A stretch of DNA of 64,000 nucleotides, from contig CAVYPJ010000001.1 in assembly GCA_963770385.1 (NCBI GenBank), positions 1,168,750 through 1,232,749 of the forward strand, read 5' to 3'. Source of the stretch: an uncultured Alphaproteobacteria bacterium. GTDB taxonomy: Bacteria; Pseudomonadota; Alphaproteobacteria; Rhizobiales; Xanthobacteraceae. The position numbers and the translations under genes were made by a program. Positions within the stretch are counted from its first letter, which is position 1; each line of letters begins with the position of its first letter. Shown in pieces: positions 9,424 to 19,521 of the stretch. Below the pieces are notes generated by a model, which saw only the letters and a list, made by a program, of their open reading frames with translations, was not told the origin of the DNA and did no database searches.

Positions 9424-10143
9424 TTAGCGCGTGAAGCTCACTGGCGCGATGTAGGTGTCCTGCGCGCCCGGCTTGGCGGCCGGGAAGGACGGGAACGGAC
9501 TGGCGCGGTGCAGGATGTCGAGCGCCTCGTGGTCCAGCACATCGTTACCGGAGGATTTCGTCACCGCGCTGTCGGTCACCTCGCCGGTGCGATTCAAGAC
9601 GAAGCGCACGATGACGGTGCCGGATTTGCCGTGTGCGGCTAGGGGATAGCGCTTGAAGCGCTGCAGATGGCCGAACACCAGCGCGTTATAGGCCTTCGCG
9701 CCGGCTTCGGTGAACTGGCCGATATGGTCGTTCTTGGGCGGGGCGCGGGTCTCGGGGGCGGGCGGCTCGACAGGCTTCGGCTTTTCGACCTCCTTTGGTT
9801 CCTCTTTCGGGAGCGCGATGTCGGCCTGTTGCGGTGGCGATGGCGGTTGCGCCGGTTGCTCGACCGGCTTGTCCTCGGTCTTTGGCGGCTCCTTCGGCGC
9901 GGCTTCGGCTTGCTGCATGGTGGGGCCGACCGCGATGTCCTGGTCCTGGACTTCGGGCGAACTGCTCTGCACGGGCGCGAGAGTTACGACAATGGCGGGA
10001 GGAATTTCCGGCGTAGCCGGCTCGCGGGCGCGCCATAGCAATGCTGCCGCGATCGCCGCATGCATCGCCACGATCACGGCCGCGGCGAAGAGCCACCTCG
10101 CGAAGCCATGTCGTTCGGGCAAATGCAGGGCCAGGGCCGTCAT
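9424..10143 (-). CDS. tonB: TonB family energy transducer
   Basis: N-terminal TM helix, Pro/Lys/Glu-rich spacer, TonB-C domain (RFKRYP...SSGNDVLDHEAL); downstream of exbBD. Confidence 0.9.
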   Translation of the reverse strand: MTALALHLPERHGFARWLFAAAVIVAMHAAIAAALLWRAREPATPEIPPAIVVTLAPVQSSSPEVQDQDIAVGPTMQQAEAAPKEPPKTEDKPVEQPAQPPSPPQQADIALPKEEPKEVEKPKPVEPPAPETRAPPKNDHIGQFTEAGAKAYNALVFGHLQRFKRYPLAAHGKSGTVIVRFVLNRTGEVTDSAVTKSSGNDVLDHEALDILHRASPFPSFPAAKPGAQDTYIAPVSFTR

Positions 10144-10574
10144 GGCTTTGCAGGTGCCTGTTCCAGTCCGACCAGTGCCATCTTGAGATAGCCGGCGTCA
10201 CGCAGCGTGTTCATGATCTCCATCAGGTCGCCATAGTGAAGAAATTTGTCACCGCGGACGAAAATCGTTTCGTCCTTACGGTTGTTGGTGGCGGCATCGA
10301 GCGCACTTGCGAGCTGCTCGCGCGGCACGGTCGTCTCGCCGACGGCGATGGTCTCGTCGGCCTTGATGGTGACGAAGATCGGCTTGTCCGGCCGCGGCTG
10401 TTCGGGCGCCGTGCTGGCCGGGAGATTGACACCGATATCGACGGTTGCGAGCGGTGCTGCCACCATGAAGATGATCAGCAGCACGAGAATGACGTCGATG
10501 AAGGGCGTGACGTTGATCTCGTGCTGGACATCGAGATCGTCGCCGCTAGAGCGTTGTCCAAGTCGTACGGCCAT
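10140..10574 (-). CDS. exbD: Biopolymer transport protein ExbD
   Basis: EINVTPFIDVILVLLIIFMV and IFVRGDK motifs. Confidence 0.95.
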   Translation of the reverse strand: MAVRLGQRSSGDDLDVQHEINVTPFIDVILVLLIIFMVAAPLATVDIGVNLPASTAPEQPRPDKPIFVTIKADETIAVGETTVPREQLASALDAATNNRKDETIFVRGDKFLHYGDLMEIMNTLRDAGYLKMALVGLEQAPAKP

Positions 10575-10578
10575 GGCG

Positions 10579-11412
10579 TCACTCCGCGGCGTGCGGCAGC
10601 GCCGCGACACGACCGCGCTGACCGCGGCTGATCATCAGCAGAAGCTGCGCCGCGGCGTCATCCAGGACGGCGCGGTAGCCGCCGATGACGCGGACGAGAT
10701 GATTGTAGATCACGACCGCGGGGATTGCGGCGACAAGCCCCATCGCGGTCGCGAGCAGCGCCTCGGCAATGCCGGGTGCCACGACCGCGAGATTGGTGGT
10801 GTGGGATTCGGAAATCCCGATGAAGGCGTTCATGATGCCCCACACCGTGCCGAACAGGCCGACGAACGGCGCGGTCGCGCCGATCGTCGCCAGCAGCCCG
10901 GTGCCGCGCGAAATTTGCCGCGCCATCGCGGCCTGTACGCGCTCCAGCCGCAACGCGACGCGCTCCTTGAAAGCGTCGTCGACGATGCCCTCTGACAGTT
11001 CTGCCTCGCGCGCGGCGGACAGGACGAGCTGGGCCACGGCATCCCTCTTGTTCCGGCATGCAAGGGCAGCCTCAACGAGGCTGCCTCCCTTCTCCAACAG
11101 CCGGATGCGGCGGCGAGCGAGGCGGCTTGCGCCGCCGAGCTCGATGGTCTTCGCAAGCCACACCGTCCAGGTGATGAGCGAGGCGATGGCGAGCCCGATC
11201 ATCACCGCTTTCACCACGATGTCGGCGTTGAGGAACATTCCCCACGGCGACAAATTGTGCGGCAGCAGCGGGTTTTGGGTCTGCGCAAGCGCGGGCTGGG
11301 TAAGCACGCCCATGCATGAGCAGAGCCCGACCAGCCCGAGCCATGCCTGGCCACAGCTGCGCGTGCACCGTTTGCGTCGATGTTTCCGTGCGGTTTGGCT
11401 ACGATGGATCAT
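10579..11412 (-). CDS. exbB: Biopolymer transport protein ExbB
   Basis: LATIGATAPFVGLFGTVWGIM and VVAPGIAEALLATAMGL; start position uncertain. Confidence 0.93.
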   Translation of the reverse strand: MIHRSQTARKHRRKRCTRSCGQAWLGLVGLCSCMGVLTQPALAQTQNPLLPHNLSPWGMFLNADIVVKAVMIGLAIASLITWTVWLAKTIELGGASRLARRRIRLLEKGGSLVEAALACRNKRDAVAQLVLSAAREAELSEGIVDDAFKERVALRLERVQAAMARQISRGTGLLATIGATAPFVGLFGTVWGIMNAFIGISESHTTNLAVVAPGIAEALLATAMGLVAAIPAVVIYNHLVRVIGGYRAVLDDAAAQLLLMISRGQRGRVAALPHAAE

Positions 11413-11430
11413 GCGTCGCGTCCTTCCTGC

Positions 11431-13789
11431 TCAGAGTTTCTGCGAGATGCCGACGAAAAATCCGCGGCGCGGTCCGTATTGCGGGGCGAACACGCCGATG
11501 CCCGATCCGTCCCGGATCTGGTAGATCGTGTCGAAGGCGTTGACGACGTCGAAGCGCAGGGTCGTCGGCTTGGTGCCGTCGGTCCATTTGAACTCGTGCG
11601 ACACGCCCAGATTGACCTGCGAGTACCAGGGCAGCGAGTTCGGTATTGGCAAAGCCGCTGCGCAGGCCGCTGCCGTAGATCAGGTCGGCAGAAAACCGCG
11701 TGCCGTTCCAGAGATAGGACGCTCCCGCCGATCCTGAGACAAGCTGGGCGTGGTCGGTGTAGATGTAGTGGTTGGCGATGAAGGCAAGCTCGTCGGCCGC
11801 GAACAGGAACTGGTTCGACACCACATTGGTCGCGAGCTGGCGTGCGACCGCGATGTTGCTGTAGGCGTTGAAATTGCCGTTCTTGTATTTGGCCGTGAGT
11901 TCGATGCCGGCGTTTTCCGCGTGATCATAGTTGAAGGCGGTGAGCACGTAAGCCGCCCCGAACTGGCCGTCGTCGAGCAGGTCGCGGGCGATCTTGTAGT
12001 AGGCGTCGACGCCAACCTCCAGGCCCGGCAGCACACGCTGGGTCACGCCGACATCGAAATAATGCGAGCGTTCCGGCAGCACCGGATCGGCGCGGTTGAC
12101 CTCGGGCTGCTGCGTCGTGTTCTGCACCAGCGCGAGGTTGGTCGGCGCCGCCAGCACCTGCTGCGGCGGCGTGAAATAGCGCGCATAGCCGGCGTGGAAC
12201 GTCGTTCCATCGAACGGCTGATAGGTCAGGCTGATGCGCGGACTGAGCTGGTTGGCGCTGACATATTGCACCATCTGGTCGAAGCGCAGGCCCGCGTTCA
12301 GCGTGAGCTGGTTGTTGATCTTCCATTCGTCCGAGACGTACGTGCCGAACAGGAAGCCGGTCTTGGCGCTCGAATCGAAGATGCTGACCGGCACGTCGGA
12401 CGCCTGACCAGTCGTTGGATTGCCGGGAAACACGGAAGAAAAGTTATTCACGAGCGTCTGCTCGGCGCTGACGGTGAACCCGGCGCGCAGCGTATGCGCG
12501 TCGGCAATCCGATAGGAGGCGTCGGTCTGGATGCCATTGACGACGCTCTGCCGATAGACGTCGGAGGCGACGCCGTTGAAGATGAGATCGCCGATCGGAT
12601 CGGGCGTGAAATGCACGATGCTGGTGCGGTTGAAATAGGCAGTCTGCAGGTCGAGCCCTTCGGCCGAGTGCTGCAGCGCCAGCACATTGAACTGGTTGAA
12701 CTCGTTCTGGTTCTGGTTGAGATTGGCCGAATTGAAATTGGAGACGCCAAACGCGTTGAACGCGGGCGTCTGCCCGGGATTGTTGGGGATCTGGTAGTTG
12801 CTCTCGGCGACACCGCTCATGAAGGTGAGCCGGGTCGAGGGATCGATCACGGTCGAAACATAGGCGAAGCCCTTGCCTTGGTCGGTGTGGTCGTGGATTG
12901 CGGTATTGGCCGAGGTCGGGTTTTCCAGGCCGATGTCGCTGGCAAAGAAGCGGCCCGAGACGAAATACTGCGTCTGGCCGACAGTGCCGCCATATTCGAT
13001 GCTCGGCGTGATGGTTCCGCGGCTGCCGCCATAGACACTGACGGTCCCGGTATTGTCGAACGCGCTCTGCTTGGTCTGGATGTCGACGACGCCGGCGGTG
13101 CGCAGGCCGAACTGTGCCGGCATCGCGCCCGTGATCAGCGCAAGGCTGCCGACGATGCCACTGTCGACGATCTGGCCGAACGAGCCGACGCCGTCGGGCA
13201 GTGCGATGCCGTTGATGCGGTATTGCACATTGGCATGCTCATTGCGCACATGGAGCTCGCCGCTTGATGCAGAGTCCTGGGTGACGCCGGGGGCCTGCAG
13301 CAGGATCTTGTCGAGCGGGGCGTTGGCCCCCTGCGGACTCGCCTCGATGTTTTGCTGGGTGATCTCGTAGGGGCTCGTGCCGGTAGGTGCGTACAGGCTT
13401 TTGCGGGCTGCGTCGAAGGTTTCGGTCTGCTTGGCCAGCACCTGAGCTTCGGTTGGCGCGGGAGGCCGATTGGTCACGACCTGCGGCGGTTTGGCGCGCG
13501 GCCGGGACCGCTGGACCGGCGCCGCCACGCGCGTTTCCGGCAGGACGTTGCCGCCGCTCCGCTCGGCCTGCGGCGCCGGGCTCTGCTCTGGAGCCGGTGT
13601 GGCGTTGGGCTGAGGCGCTGATGTGGGAGGCGTTTCGGGAGCGGAGGGAGAAGCCGATGGCTGTGGCGCTGCCGCAGGTGGAGTCTCGGTTTGCGCAAGC
13701 GCGATCGGGCCGGATAGGGCCACGAATACGAGCGACGATACGGATAGCAGAAGTTTGCGCCTGACGCGCGCGAAAGGACGGGGGTTCAT
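11431..13789 (-). pseudogene. TonB-dependent receptor with a +1 frameshift near nt 11640 (possibly an assembly error)
   Basis: Signal peptide, Pro-rich extension, plug and barrel; the terminal strands (SLPWYSQVNLG...FFVGISQKL) continue in another frame; removing one A from ACCGAACTCG restores ANTDSLP. Confidence 0.85.
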
Positions 13790-13922
13790 TTAACGGGATT
13801 CCTGACGGGATGATCACGCGCCGGAGGACGTAGAGCGTCACGGCCAACGCGATGAGCGAATTCTTCGGTACATCGCGAGGTCGCACGGCGGCGCACCTCG
13901 TTACGTAACCGAAGCAGCGATG

Positions 13923-14294
13923 TCAGGAGATCGGTGGTCCGCGTGATTGAAACGCCGCGCACGGCGGTTGGAGCAGCACGCGCGTCTGTTCGAACGCGCG
14001 ATCGATCACGGCCTCGGCAAATTGAACCGGCACGCCCGGTGGCGTGGACGTCAGCGCATGGGCGACCCCGGCGACGGCCATGCAGATTGGGCAAAGAGCG
14101 TCGGCCTGGCCGTCGGCGGGATGGTTCTGCTTCTGGCCGTCGTGCGTTGCGGCGATCGCGACCGAAACCAGGCCACGCCCGGCTTTCGTCCCGTCAAGCG
14201 CGTGAACGTGTCCGAAAGCCAATGCAAAATTGATGGTCAGCGCGACGAGCGCGAGCCATGAACCCTGCCTGATATGATCCCGGAACCAGCGCAT
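13923..14294 (-). CDS. DUF2946 family small protein (CxxC, C-terminal RGPP)
   Basis: N-terminal TM segment with GHVH, CPIC motif, SRGPP terminus; directly upstream of the receptor. Confidence 0.8.
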   Translation of the reverse strand: MRWFRDHIRQGSWLALVALTINFALAFGHVHALDGTKAGRGLVSVAIAATHDGQKQNHPADGQADALCPICMAVAGVAHALTSTPPGVPVQFAEAVIDRAFEQTRVLLQPPCAAFQSRGPPIS

Positions 14295-14436
14295 TCGGAG
14301 AGAGCCGTCGCCTTCCTAACTCGTCAACCGCACTGCAATCTTAACCGGTTCCCCGAGCCGGTCAATCCGCTGTTCGCGAGCCCGGCGCGCGGGCGGTCGA
14401 TTATCGCGAGCAAAATGCCGTCAATGAAGCTGCGCT

Positions 14437-16050
14437 TCAATTCACGCCGTGCTCGCTCCCTTCCTGCAGGTCTGGATGGATGGTCTCTCCCGGCGCGGGA
14501 CCACGACTGACGTCCGGAGATCCGGCGATCTCTGGCCCAATCTCGTGTCCGCGGCCGCGGATCAGCCGCTCATAGGCGGAGATCAGCGTCACATACGGAC
14601 TGACCCAGATCCAGCCGTCGTGGGTGAAGACCTGCACATCGAAATGCAGGTGCCGCGTGGTGCCGTTCGGATGATCGAGAAAGTTCGAGACCACGCCGAT
14701 CTTGTCGCCCTCGGCAACTTGCCGGCCGTTGAGCAGCCCGTCGCCATCCATGGCCGACGGGTTCATATGCATGTAACGGAAACGGATGTGCTCGCTCCGT
14801 GTGTTGATCTGCAGCGTCGCCGCCTGCTGCTTCGGCGAACGGATCACCGCGCCATCGCGGACAGCAATTACGGATTGCTGTTTGGGATCGCAGCCATTGC
14901 CGGCCTCCTTCGATGGACAAGTGCCGGGCCGGATGTCCTCGCCCTGATGGCCGAAGCCGCTTGCGCATTGGCCGACGCCGAAACTGCGCGCCTCGCAGAA
15001 ATTGTCGCGCCAGGGATAGGCGCCGCGGGGAGAATCCGACTTGTCGCTCGTTCGTCGTCGGAAAGATTGCGAATGAATGAAGGCTGGCGCGTCGAGAGGA
15101 AATCGGATCTGCGAATAGGCGATCAAGTCGGGGCGGCCGCCCTGCCGTCGCGCGCCGCTATTGGCGATGATGTCGCCGGTCGAACGATAGGCGAAGTCGG
15201 TTGAAACGGAGCGCGGCCGTTCCACAGTCGTCGGTGCGATGTCCATCTGCGGGCGAGCGGGCGAGCCGCCGGCGATATGCAGCGCTTTCAGAAAACGCTC
15301 CGCAACCGGATAGGCCTCGCGGCAGGCGAGCCGGCGTGCACGGGGTGCGCTGTCGAGACACTGGATCGAAACCACATAGGGCACGCCGAAGCGGGTAAAG
15401 GCATAGCGCACATAGCCTTCGCGGATGAACCGGCGCAAATCCGGATATTGCGCAGCCAGCGCCTTGACCGGGTCGCCCTTGCCGCCGGCGGGATCGGCAA
15501 CGTCATAGATCAACAGCGAGCCGGTGATCTGGACCTCGACGGGTCTGGCGTAGGTTCGCGACGGCATGCCGGCCCCGGCATCAGGCGGCAGCGAGAACAC
15601 CGCGTCATAGCCCGCCGGGCCCGCGTCGAAAAAATCCACCGGGCGGAAGTCCGCCTGATAGCGCGACAGCGACGGATCGTCGGCCGGTGCGCCATTCAGG
15701 CGGGCGCCGAAATAGCTTGCGGCGTCGAAGGGCAGCAGCACCGGCACAGGGCTTTGGCCGATGCCGGTGAAGATCGGCGAGGTGATTGCGTTCAACTGCA
15801 CCACCGCGGGTGTTGACCGCGGATCGAACCAAGACACGTTGCGCCGGCGTGCAAAGGAGAGATTGGCGGCAGCCGCCGGCACGGCGCCGATCTCGGCGCG
15901 AAGCTGGTCGAGCGCGGCGCGCCAGTCGACGCGGACGATGGAGATCGCGGGTGTCCGGAATTCCTCGGCGGACGAGGAAGCGAGACCAGAAAGGAGAAAA
16001 ATGAGAAGTGCCAGCGTCTGACCGACGAACCGGACAGCCTTCTCACCCAA
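14437..16050 (-). CDS. Secreted protein with C-terminal M23 peptidase domain
   Basis: Signal peptide; HQGED (HxxxD) and HLHF (HxH) zinc motifs; TTG start. Confidence 0.8.
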   Translation of the reverse strand: MGEKAVRFVGQTLALLIFLLSGLASSSAEEFRTPAISIVRVDWRAALDQLRAEIGAVPAAAANLSFARRRNVSWFDPRSTPAVVQLNAITSPIFTGIGQSPVPVLLPFDAASYFGARLNGAPADDPSLSRYQADFRPVDFFDAGPAGYDAVFSLPPDAGAGMPSRTYARPVEVQITGSLLIYDVADPAGGKGDPVKALAAQYPDLRRFIREGYVRYAFTRFGVPYVVSIQCLDSAPRARRLACREAYPVAERFLKALHIAGGSPARPQMDIAPTTVERPRSVSTDFAYRSTGDIIANSGARRQGGRPDLIAYSQIRFPLDAPAFIHSQSFRRRTSDKSDSPRGAYPWRDNFCEARSFGVGQCASGFGHQGEDIRPGTCPSKEAGNGCDPKQQSVIAVRDGAVIRSPKQQAATLQINTRSEHIRFRYMHMNPSAMDGDGLLNGRQVAEGDKIGVVSNFLDHPNGTTRHLHFDVQVFTHDGWIWVSPYVTLISAYERLIRGRGHEIGPEIAGSPDVSRGPAPGETIHPDLQEGSEHGVN

Positions 16051-16087
16051 TGCGTAGTCCCCCTGCGTCTGAGCCTGCTCTCGTCCT

Positions 16088-16187
16088 TAGATCATGATGC
16101 GATTCGATGGAATCGCATCATGATCTCATCTCTTTTTTGAGCATGATCTTTTCGGAAAAACGGTTTCCACTTTTCCGGATCATGCTC
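16088..16187. repeat. Intergenic mosaic palindromic element
   Basis: ATCATGATGCGATT..AATCGCATCATGAT hairpin followed by a GCATGATC...GGATCATGC module as at 883-954. Confidence 0.8.
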
Positions 16188-16188
16188 C

Positions 16189-16755
16189 TCAGTCCTTGGC
16201 GCGCTCGCAGTAAGAACCGTCTTCGGTCATGACAACGATCCGTGTGCCGACCGCGATGTGGGGCGGCACGCTGGTGCGGACGCCGTTGGACAACATGGCG
16301 GGCTTGTAGGACGAGGAGGCGGTCTGGCCCTTGGTGACCGGCTCGGTCTCCACGACTTCCAGCGTCGCGCGCTGCGGCAGCGCGATGGAGACCGGGTTCA
16401 TTTCGTGAAGCGACAGCTTCACGACCATGTTCTCCTGGAGATATGGTGCGGCGTCTCCGACGATGTCCTTCGACACCTGGACCTGGTCATAGTTCTCGGC
16501 GTTCATGAAGTGAAAGCCATCTCCATCCTCATAGAGATATGTGAAATTGCGTTCCTCGATGGTCGCCTTCTCGACCTGATCGGTGGTCTTGTAGCGCTCG
16601 GAGATCTTTACCCCGTCGCTGATTCGACGCATTTCGATCTGGCTGACCGGGGTGCCCTTGCCGGGATGGATGTTTTCGGCGCTGATGACAACGTAAAGCT
16701 TGCCATCTTGCTCGATGACGTTCCCCTTGCGAATAGAACTGGCGATGACTTTCAA
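16189..16755 (-). CDS. efp: Translation elongation factor P
   Basis: [10 protein letters not shown] start (TTG), HPGKG loop with the modifiable Lys, YLYEDG, SSSYKPA. Confidence 0.97.
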   Translation of the reverse strand: MKVIASSIRKGNVIEQDGKLYVVISAENIHPGKGTPVSQIEMRRISDGVKISERYKTTDQVEKATIEERNFTYLYEDGDGFHFMNAENYDQVQVSKDIVGDAAPYLQENMVVKLSLHEMNPVSIALPQRATLEVVETEPVTKGQTASSSYKPAMLSNGVRTSVPPHIAVGTRIVVMTEDGSYCERAKD

Positions 16756-16893
16756 AGCTGCTTTTCCTGATAATCTGGCTTGGAATCGGACAGGACGGGG
16801 CCGCCCTTCCGCATGCGAAGCGGTTTCGGGGCGCAACATACTGGTTTTGGCCGTGTACGCCAGCTTTTTGCGCCCATTCGGGATTGCCGGTTA

Positions 16894-17946
16894 ATGACCC
16901 AAAACAGCCCCATTTCCCCCTGGTGGTCGGCCGCGCGCCATGGCGACAGACGGCCGTTTTTGACCGCAAGAGCCGCGATCACCCGTGTGATCCGGACATG
17001 GTTCGAGGCACAGGGCTTTGCCGAGGTCGAAACCGGAATTCTGCAGGTTTCGCCGGGCAACGAGACCCACCTGCATGCACCGCGCACCGAGCTGGCCGGC
17101 CCTGACGGTAGCTGTACCGCGCGCTATCTGCGGACGTCACCGGAATTCGCCTGCAAGAAATTATTGGCCGCAGGCGAGAGCCGGATTTTCGAATTCGCAC
17201 GGGTGTTTCGCGACCGCGAGCGTGGCGCTCTGCATCTGCCGGAATTCACGATGCTGGAGTGGTACCGTGCCGGCGCGCCCTACGATGTCATCATGGCCGA
17301 TACCGCGGCCGTCATTGCGCAGGCGGCCGAGGCCACCAGGATCGGGCGGTTTTCACACCGCGGCCGGACCGCTGATCCCTTCGCCGAGCCGGAACGCCTT
17401 ACCGTCGCATCTGCCTTCGAACGCTTCGCCGGAATCGGTTTGCTTGCAACCGTCGTGGACGGCGAGGGCGATCGCGCCGCACTGGCGGCAGCCGCACAAA
17501 CCAAAGTGCGGATCGCCGCTGACGACACCTGGTCGGATATTTTCAGCAAGATCCTGGTCGAGCACATCGAACCGAATCTGGGACAGGGGCGTTTGACAAT
17601 TCTGTGCGAATATCCGGCTCCGGAGGCGGCGCTGGCGCGGGTCAAGACATCGGATGCACGTGTGGCCGAGCGTTTCGAGATCTATGCCTGCGGGGTTGAA
17701 CTCGCCAACGGCTTTGGCGAGTTGACCGATGCCGGCGAGCAGCGCCGCCGTTTTGATCTCGCGATGGACGAGAAGGCGCGGCGCTACGGCGAACGCTATC
17801 CGCTGGATGAGGATTTCCTCGCCGCCGTCGCACACATGCCTGAGGCGAGCGGAGTTGCGCTCGGCTTCGACCGGCTGGTGATGCTGGCGAGTGGCGCAAC
17901 GAGGATCGATCAGGTGGTCTGGACGCCGCCTTCGGGTGAGCCATGA
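16894..17946 (+). CDS. epmA: EF-P lysine aminoacylase (GenX/PoxA)
   Basis: YLRTSPEFACKKLL, HLPEFTMLEWY, VELANGF, SGVALGFDRL; divergent from efp. Confidence 0.95.
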   Translation: MTQNSPISPWWSAARHGDRRPFLTARAAITRVIRTWFEAQGFAEVETGILQVSPGNETHLHAPRTELAGPDGSCTARYLRTSPEFACKKLLAAGESRIFEFARVFRDRERGALHLPEFTMLEWYRAGAPYDVIMADTAAVIAQAAEATRIGRFSHRGRTADPFAEPERLTVASAFERFAGIGLLATVVDGEGDRAALAAAAQTKVRIAADDTWSDIFSKILVEHIEPNLGQGRLTILCEYPAPEAALARVKTSDARVAERFEIYACGVELANGFGELTDAGEQRRRFDLAMDEKARRYGERYPLDEDFLAAVAHMPEASGVALGFDRLVMLASGATRIDQVVWTPPSGEP

Positions 17947-19052
17947 GCAAAAAGGCATTCGCAACGACGTTGCGCGAACCGGCGGAGCTGGTCGCTCACG
18001 GCCTCGCGCGCGCCTCCGATCACGCCGATCTGGACAAGGTCGCGGCGCGCTACGCGATTGCGGTCACGCCGGACATCGCCGCCTTGATCGATGTCAACGA
18101 CGCAGACGATCCGATCGCGCGACAATTCATTCCGACAGCGGCGGAGCTCGCGAACCAGCCCGGCGAGCACGCCGATCCGATCGGCGATCATGCGTACTCA
18201 CCGGTCGCCGGCATTGTGCACCGCTATCCGGACCGGGTGCTGTTCAAGCTGGTCCATGTCTGCGCGGTGTATTGCCGGTTTTGTTTCCGGCGCGAAATGG
18301 TTGGTCCCGGCAAGGATACCGCGCTGTCCGACGCGGCCTATACGCGTGCGCTCGCCTACATTCGGGAACACGGTGAGATCTGGGAGGTCATTCTGACCGG
18401 CGGCGATCCGCTGATGCTGTCGCCGCGGCGGCTGGCCGACATCATGGCGGATCTCGCCGCGATCGATCACGTCAAGATCGTCCGCATTCACACGCGGGTG
18501 CCGGTCGCCGATCCCCGGCGCGTGACCGAGGAGATGGTCTCGGCGTTGAAAGTGCGCGGTGCAACATGCTGGGTCGCCTTGCATGCCAACCATGCACGGG
18601 AGCTGACTGGCGAAGCACGCGCCGCCTGCGCGCGCCTGGTCGATGCGGGCATTCCAATGGTCAGCCAGTCGGTGCTGCTGCGCGGCGTGAACGATGATGC
18701 GGCCACGCTGGAAGATTTGATGCGGGCCTTCGTTGAATGCCGGATCAAACCTTATTATCTCCATCATGGCGATCTCGCGCCTGGCACGGCGCATTTGCGC
18801 ACCACATTGGCGCATGGCCAGGAACTGATGCGGGTGTTGCGGGGCAGGGTGTCTGGACTGTGTCAGCCGGACTACGTCCTCGATATTCCGGGCGGCGCCG
18901 GCAAGTCGCCGGTCGGACCGAACTATCTGCTGCCACAAAATTCTGTTGCTGGTGGCGGGAGCGCTCCGGATGGACGTGAAGCGCGTCAAGATGCGCGCTA
19001 TCGTGTGATCGACTATTGCGGTGAAGTGCACCAGTACCCGCCGCAGCCATAA
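17943..19052 (+). CDS. epmB: Lysine 2,3-aminomutase (KamA/EpmB family radical SAM)
   Basis: HRYPDRVL, CAVYCRFCFR (CxxxCxxC), SQSVLLRGVND; ATGA overlap with epmA. Confidence 0.93.
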   Translation: MSKKAFATTLREPAELVAHGLARASDHADLDKVAARYAIAVTPDIAALIDVNDADDPIARQFIPTAAELANQPGEHADPIGDHAYSPVAGIVHRYPDRVLFKLVHVCAVYCRFCFRREMVGPGKDTALSDAAYTRALAYIREHGEIWEVILTGGDPLMLSPRRLADIMADLAAIDHVKIVRIHTRVPVADPRRVTEEMVSALKVRGATCWVALHANHARELTGEARAACARLVDAGIPMVSQSVLLRGVNDDAATLEDLMRAFVECRIKPYYLHHGDLAPGTAHLRTTLAHGQELMRVLRGRVSGLCQPDYVLDIPGGAGKSPVGPNYLLPQNSVAGGGSAPDGREARQDARYRVIDYCGEVHQYPPQP

Positions 19053-19103
19053 TCGATGGATGGGAGCGACGACAATGCGTTCTCTGACAAGGGAGAAGCA
19101 GAC

Positions 19104-19370
19104 ATGAAAACAATCATCTTGGCGTCGGCCCTGGTTCTCGCCGCCGGCGCAGCCGCGATGGCGCAGGGTGGTGCCGGCTCGTCGAATTATCCGAAAAATT
19201 CGCCGGGAAGTTCATCGGAGCGGCCCGTGATCCAAGCCCCGGTCGGCCACCGCCAGCCGCGGGCCGGTGATGTCCCGTCGGAGCAGAACCTCAGCGATCC
19301 GAACAATCCTGTAAACCGGGAAGATGCGGCGCTCGATCGTAAGATCAAGAGCATCTGCCGGGGATGCTAG
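19104..19370 (+). CDS. Small secreted protein ending in SICRGC
   Basis: GGGAG RBS, signal peptide MKTIILASALVLAAGAAAMA, PVGHRQPR, C-terminal ICRGC. Confidence 0.75.
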   Translation: MKTIILASALVLAAGAAAMAQGGAGSSNYPKNSPGSSSERPVIQAPVGHRQPRAGDVPSEQNLSDPNNPVNREDAALDRKIKSICRGC

Positions 19371-19465
19371 AGCATGATCCGTTCCGATTGAATCGGAACG
19401 GAAGCTCTGGTCTTTTGTTCTGACGTATTTTCGTTACGCGAACCGGTACCCACTTCGCTCGAAAA
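19371..19465. repeat. Intergenic mosaic palindromic element starting at the TAG stop
   Basis: AGCATGATCCGTTCCGATT/AATCGGAACGGA hairpin ... ATGCTCT; shares the AGCAT termini of the other copies. Confidence 0.7.
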
Positions 19466-19521
19466 TGCTCTGGCCTATGCCTGTGAGGGCAACCCGTCGG
19501 GTTGCCCTCATCTGACGGCGT

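Noticed and set aside
11750-13267. Long antisense ORFs (also 24430-25602, 46243-47490, 49286-50896, 53887-55884, 58800-60620)
   Set aside because: These are shadow frames opposite well-supported high-GC genes and carry no recognisable motifs.
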